A model generated the notes under the pieces. It was given only the letters and a program-made list of their open reading frames with translations. It searched no databases and was not told the DNA's origin. Both the position numbers and the translations under genes were made by a program. Positions 46,885-50,792 of a DNA stretch of 50,792 nucleotides are shown one piece after another (position 1 is the stretch's first letter; the number at the start of each line of letters is the position of its first letter). Location of the stretch: the IMG/VR virus record IMGVR_UViG_3300005805_000121, positions 1-50,792 of that record, one strand, 5' to 3'. The stretch comes from a virus. Its lineage: Duplodnaviria; Caudoviricetes.

Positions 46885-48102
46885 TTAGGCCCCAGTAATA
46901 GTGACGATTGGGTAAGGTTGTCCGCCGTATGTATTAGCAGCATAAGCAGTGTTGAATGTTGCGTATGCAGGATTACTGTTAGGCAATGCATTACCTGTAC
47001 CAAATATTTCTAGAGTATGATCACTCAAGCTTTGTACCTTAGTTGTTGTGGTATTAGCATAAGTTGCAGTGATAGTCATAGTATTTGGTGTCAATGCAGT
47101 ATTAGCAACGTTTGCTGTATAGCAAGGTGCTGTCAATCCTGTTGTTGTACCTGTTACTAGATACTTCTGCTTACCCTTTTGACGAACAATAAAGCCAGCT
47201 TCGTCATTGGCGAAAACCCAATCAGTTCCCGAAGCATATGATGCACTGGCACTTGCACCAAGCGTTAATACATCTTGACTTGCATTCACTGTCACTGTAG
47301 CATTTGCTACGGGGAACGGTGCGCCGCCAGGACTTGTTGCAACTTGGAAGTGTGTAGTATTGGCGCCGGATAGTACGAAATACACAGTGTCGGCTGCTAA
47401 TCCACCAATGGCTCCGTCAAATACAACAGGTTTGTCTGCTACAAAATTAGTAGCATCACCTGAAGTAACTACAAAAGAACCTGTAGCTTCAGTGTCTGTA
47501 ACTACTTCTGTTACCAATCCACCGATAGAAGATACAAATCCTAAGTTTGTACCATCACTTGCTTGAATAGCTGATCCAGTGGTTAATCCAGAAATATTAG
47601 CAAAATCTGTGTTACCACCGTATACGTCAGCAGAACCACTATCTGTAACAATAGTACCTGTACCATTTCTACCAATAGCTACACCAACTAAAACTTGTGT
47701 GCCATATATAGCAGTATTTCCGCCAACTACGCTATATGTATTAGCATTTGTTGCAGGATATCCTTCTCCACCAGTTGGATTGTTAAAGTACCCATCTACT
47801 ACGTTTACTGTAGCGGCTACTGTAACAGGGCCCGCGGCAGATAAATTGAACTTAGTATATGTAGGGTTTGCTGATAATTGTGTTGCTGATACTGTGAAAG
47901 TAGTCGCTGATAATACTTCAAGTATCCAATAAGTAGTTCCTGCCACCATTCCACCAATATTACTTGCTGGAATAAAAGACATACCTGCAATAATACCTAA
48001 GTTTGTTAGGTTTGCAGATGTAGTAACAACTTCAGTTGAGGCGTTTGTAGCGGTTAATGTAATAACTGCTTGCGCCTTTGCGATTTTAAGAGGACGTCCC
48101 AT
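46885..48102 (-). CDS. Virion structural protein with two copies of a shared beta module
   Basis: T/A/G/N-rich; begins MGRPLK; IVRQKGKQKYLV; AAGGAG SD and late motif. Confidence 0.75.
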   Translation of the reverse strand: MGRPLKIAKAQAVITLTATNASTEVVTTSANLTNLGIIAGMSFIPASNIGGMVAGTTYWILEVLSATTFTVSATQLSANPTYTKFNLSAAGPVTVAATVNVVDGYFNNPTGGEGYPATNANTYSVVGGNTAIYGTQVLVGVAIGRNGTGTIVTDSGSADVYGGNTDFANISGLTTGSAIQASDGTNLGFVSSIGGLVTEVVTDTEATGSFVVTSGDATNFVADKPVVFDGAIGGLAADTVYFVLSGANTTHFQVATSPGGAPFPVANATVTVNASQDVLTLGASASASYASGTDWVFANDEAGFIVRQKGKQKYLVTGTTTGLTAPCYTANVANTALTPNTMTITATYANTTTTKVQSLSDHTLEIFGTGNALPNSNPAYATFNTAYAANTYGGQPYPIVTITGA

Positions 48103-48122
48103 TTGTTTTCTCCTTGTGTTAT

Positions 48123-48176
48123 GTGGGTTCTATTCCACTACGCGGCGGGGACCGCATAAACTCACCCCATGTGAGC
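48123..48176 (-). ncRNA. Candidate structured cis-regulatory 5' leader (three adjacent hairpins, possible kissing loops)
   Basis: GCTCAC-ATGGG-GTGAGT; TATGCGG-TCCCCG-CCGCGTA; GTGG-AATAGAAC-CCAC. GC-rich island between the late motif (48185-48192) and the SD. Confidence 0.55.
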
Positions 48177-48202
48177 GTATTATATATTTATCAAATGGTC
48201 TC

Positions 48203-48565
48203 TTAAATCACTTGGTTGTGATAACGTTTTTTCTCACGTATAGGATCGTTGAGTTTTTCAGCTATCCTGTTCTTGATTTTATATCTGTCTATGTTAATAT
48301 CACGTATTAATATAGCTCTACGACCAATTTCTTCTAACGGATATTTAAGCTCGACTACGCATTTTTTAAAATCGTCTTCCATGTCCCATATTCTACGATG
48401 TATAGCAGTTAGCTCCGTTAAATCTTCCTTTACATCGTCTATATTGAAGTTGTTTAACTGCTCTGTATAAAAATTCAATTCATCGATATTGTTACCCAAT
48501 ATATCGAATTTAACTTGTGCAATGCAATATCTATCCACGAGTTCTATCAAAGCCAATTTAAACAT
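48203..48565 (-). CDS. DUF6165-like helical protein
   Basis: ELVDRYCIAQVK...IWDMEDDF...A...R..N..R...K..I...E.K.Y pattern. Confidence 0.6.
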   Translation of the reverse strand: MFKLALIELVDRYCIAQVKFDILGNNIDELNFYTEQLNNFNIDDVKEDLTELTAIHRRIWDMEDDFKKCVVELKYPLEEIGRRAILIRDINIDRYKIKNRIAEKLNDPIREKKRYHNQVI

Positions 48566-48582
48566 TATTATTCCTTTAAATT

Positions 48583-48612
48583 TATTTATGAGTTCGGGTA
48601 TAGAAATAAATA
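48583..48612. promoter_or_regulatory. Divergent late motifs CATAAATA (minus, 48583-48590) and AATAAATA (plus, 48605-48612)
   Basis: Back-to-back between two divergent starts. Confidence 0.55.
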
Positions 48613-48619
48613 TTTCACT

Positions 48620-49687
48620 ATGAAAAAAGTTTACGAATTCAACTTAGACGGTAATGATGACAAAAAAATCTACTACAACAATGAGCCCAAACAAGTGGGT
48701 CAAATGGAGAGAGATTGGTTAAACAATTTAAAAAATGAAATAGCAATTACTTCCGAATTTGAACATAATGTAGTCATAAACCTTACTTGGTTTAAAGCCA
48801 GTTGGGAAGAATCAGAACCCCTAAGAAATTTAGTAAGCAGTCTAGGACTCAAAGAAAATATAAAATTGTGGTTTGTGGGTTCGGTCGATGGAAATTACTG
48901 GATAACTTATCATTGGATAGAGCCGTATAATTACTTCAATAAAGAAGGCTATAATATTTCATTTGTGGGTTACGCCGATGATCATTGGCATTCTTGGTAT
49001 CCCGAATGGTTTATTAGCAATAATCTTCGTGTAGATACAAATAATTTGATGTTGAATAATCCACCTGATTATCTATATCTAGCATATAATCGCAAGCCCA
49101 GAATTCATCGTGAATGGTTAGTAAATGGGTTAATCACTAATAATATATTAAATAAAGGTTGGGTTACTTTTGAACGAGGACATTATCCTGAAATAGATGC
49201 TTTATCTGGTAATACTGATCAGGACAAACATAATAGTGATGTAAGATTTTCTAGACCCGAAGATATTACTTCATTGGGAGATTTAGATATTTGGCGTAAA
49301 AGTTTTATCATTGTAGTTAGTGAGACGGATCATGATGATCCGTGGCAGTTCTCTGAAAAAACATGGAAACCTATATTTGGATTAAGGCCCTTTTTAATTA
49401 ACGGGCACAAAGACCTATACAAGATACTTGATAAATTGGGATTTTACACTCCCAAAGACTTATTCAAAAATAATGATCTTGATTGTCATTACAACAGTGT
49501 GATAGAACAAATAAAAAGCTTGTATAACAAAACACCTAGTGAGTTATACAAGCTATGGGAAAATCAGTATGAAATGCTATTATATAATCGTCAGAGAATG
49601 TTTGAAATAGCTGATTCTGATCCTACTAAGATATTGAATTGGCCTCAGGCCAAAGAAAAACCTCATTCAGTTCCAGTATCAGCGTGA
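48620..49687 (+). CDS. Putative glycosyltransferase-like protein (paralog 3)
   Basis: YNRKPRIHR...IIVVSET...FSEKTWKPIFGLRPFLING...LGF. Start revised to MKKVYEF. Confidence 0.55.
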   Translation: MKKVYEFNLDGNDDKKIYYNNEPKQVGQMERDWLNNLKNEIAITSEFEHNVVINLTWFKASWEESEPLRNLVSSLGLKENIKLWFVGSVDGNYWITYHWIEPYNYFNKEGYNISFVGYADDHWHSWYPEWFISNNLRVDTNNLMLNNPPDYLYLAYNRKPRIHREWLVNGLITNNILNKGWVTFERGHYPEIDALSGNTDQDKHNSDVRFSRPEDITSLGDLDIWRKSFIIVVSETDHDDPWQFSEKTWKPIFGLRPFLINGHKDLYKILDKLGFYTPKDLFKNNDLDCHYNSVIEQIKSLYNKTPSELYKLWENQYEMLLYNRQRMFEIADSDPTKILNWPQAKEKPHSVPVSA

Positions 49688-49950
49688 GGGGCACCCAATT
49701 CAGTAATACTGAATGCACCTGCTGTTCCAGCTACGTTGATAAATGCTATGTAATTGTCTTGTCCTACAATAACACTATTCATCATAGTATTTGCAGGAAC
49801 AATTTCACAGGCTATTAAATTTGCAGTAATGCTAGAGTTTCCTATAGCAATAGCAATTGCTGATGTTGTAGTTGCTATTCTTACTTTGTCAGTTGCTATT
49901 GGACCTGACAATTGACTTGATCCAGTCGCTGTATAAATGTATGATGCCAT
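49663..49950 (-). CDS. Small beta-rich protein, probably fibre-associated
   Basis: Start overlaps the fibre gene stop. Confidence 0.65.
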   Translation of the reverse strand: MASYIYTATGSSQLSGPIATDKVRIATTTSAIAIAIGNSSITANLIACEIVPANTMMNSVIVGQDNYIAFINVAGTAGAFSITELGAPHADTGTE

Positions 49951-50792
49951 TATAATCTTCCTATTGCTATTTCAATAATACCTTCACCACCGGCAAAGTT
50001 TTGTAGTGCTTTACCTATAACAGTACCCATAATAGGTGACGTTGCAGGCCTTGCATAACCATTACCACCCGAAATCATCATGTCACCTTTACGTATTACG
50101 CCACGCACTTTTACTGGAACTCTTCCCTGTAGTGCCACTGCTACTGCAATACCCGGACATTTTGCATTCATTGCATAAGCAGGGTCTGTAGACACTACAC
50201 CTGCTACTCTGGTCGTACTATCTTCTGCTATGGTTACTTCTTTTTCTCCACCGAATTCTAAAACTGTACCTGGTTCGTAATGTTTGTCGGCCTCATAATA
50301 CTCAGCCAAGTCAGCATATGTAGCATTAAATCTTGATCCTGCAGTTAATGTCCAGTTACCTGTTACTGAACCCGCCGTTGTGTTTGCTCCGGTGGTTAAT
50401 GTAGTAACTTGAATTGATGTAGCTGTAATACCTCCGGCATTACTAGGACCTACATTGATATTACCATCTTTACCTACTGTAAATTGGCTAGTTCCTCCAA
50501 CTTGCAAATCAAGCAAATAGCTTCCTGCTGCACTAGCCGTATCAGTTATATTTTCTCGTATTCCAGTGAATGCCACACTAGAATTGTTCCATGTCTGCGT
50601 TATAAGTATAGGTGTTGTTGCTGTAATAGAACCACTAGCAACTGATAAACCGGTTAGTGTGCCAACGCTAGTAATATTAGCTTGAGCCGCATTGACTACT
50701 GTATTAGCAGTAGATGCATGTGTAGCATTTGCTACGGTACCAGTGACATTTGCGCCAGGTATTGAAGTAAGACCAGTTGCTGCACCATAGAA
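49950..50792 (-). CDS. Tail fibre/spike protein, C-terminal part, with an intramolecular chaperone/auto-cleavage-type domain (partial)
   Basis: The frame stays open to the window end (AAQANITSVGTLTGL repeat); C-terminal YADLAEYY...YEPGTVL...GVVSTDPA...LQGRVPVKV...KGD...IGKAL. Confidence 0.8.
   Translation of the reverse strand, partial: FYGAATGLTSIPGANVTGTVANATHASTANTVVNAAQANITSVGTLTGLSVASGSITATTPILITQTWNNSSVAFTGIRENITDTASAAGSYLLDLQVGGTSQFTVGKDGNINVGPSNAGGITATSIQVTTLTTGANTTAGSVTGNWTLTAGSRFNATYADLAEYYEADKHYEPGTVLEFGGEKEVTIAEDSTTRVAGVVSTDPAYAMNAKCPGIAVAVALQGRVPVKVRGVIRKGDMMISGGNGYARPATSPIMGTVIGKALQNFAGGEGIIEIAIGRL

Noticed and set aside
48121-48180. tRNA-like cloverleaf (three stems; GGTTCTATTCC on the plus strand)
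   Set aside because: No acceptor stem, wrong arm order and sizes, no CCA. Kept as a leader-RNA candidate instead.
346-48470. Numerous short opposite-strand or nested ORFs in the track (e.g. 346-552, 512-745, 2496-2816, 41902-42384, 48116-48310)
   Set aside because: Almost all overlap better-supported genes (48116-48310 also spans the structured leader), and they lack expression signals or recognisable motifs.
1-50792. Stop-codon reassignment, as seen in some large phages
   Set aside because: The standard code already gives near-complete coding density with intact long genes.

Overview
A 50.8-kb, AT-rich, densely coding fragment of a large T4-like (myovirus) bacteriophage genome in the standard genetic code, with most genes on the minus strand. 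Virion morphogenesis genes: an enlarged tail sheath, tail tube, gp13/gp14/gp15-like neck proteins, a gp4-like head completion protein, a possible small terminase, baseplate and fibre proteins, a GH19 endolysin and a holin. Other recognisable genes: a proteostasis set (ClpA-type unfoldase, DnaJ, GroES-like, BI-1/YccA), PhoH, clamp loader, a stand-alone DnaE fragment, dNMP kinase, MazG, NUDIX, and scattered glycosyltransferase-like and SGNH genes. Regulatory signals are unusually clear: a recurring T4-like late motif (N)ATAAATA, consensus sigma70 promoters, many apparently leaderless starts, and intrinsic terminators. Most notable observations: (i) a set of probable head-packaged, protease-processed polyproteins, including a nucleotidyltransferase + DUF5661 + ADP-ribosyltransferase-fold fusion; (ii) a compact three-hairpin 5' leader RNA with complementary loops; (iii) a proline-free (Gly-X-Ser/Thr)n collagen-like fibre in a genome carrying several glycosyltransferase-like genes. 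All family assignments come from motif recognition by eye, not database searches.
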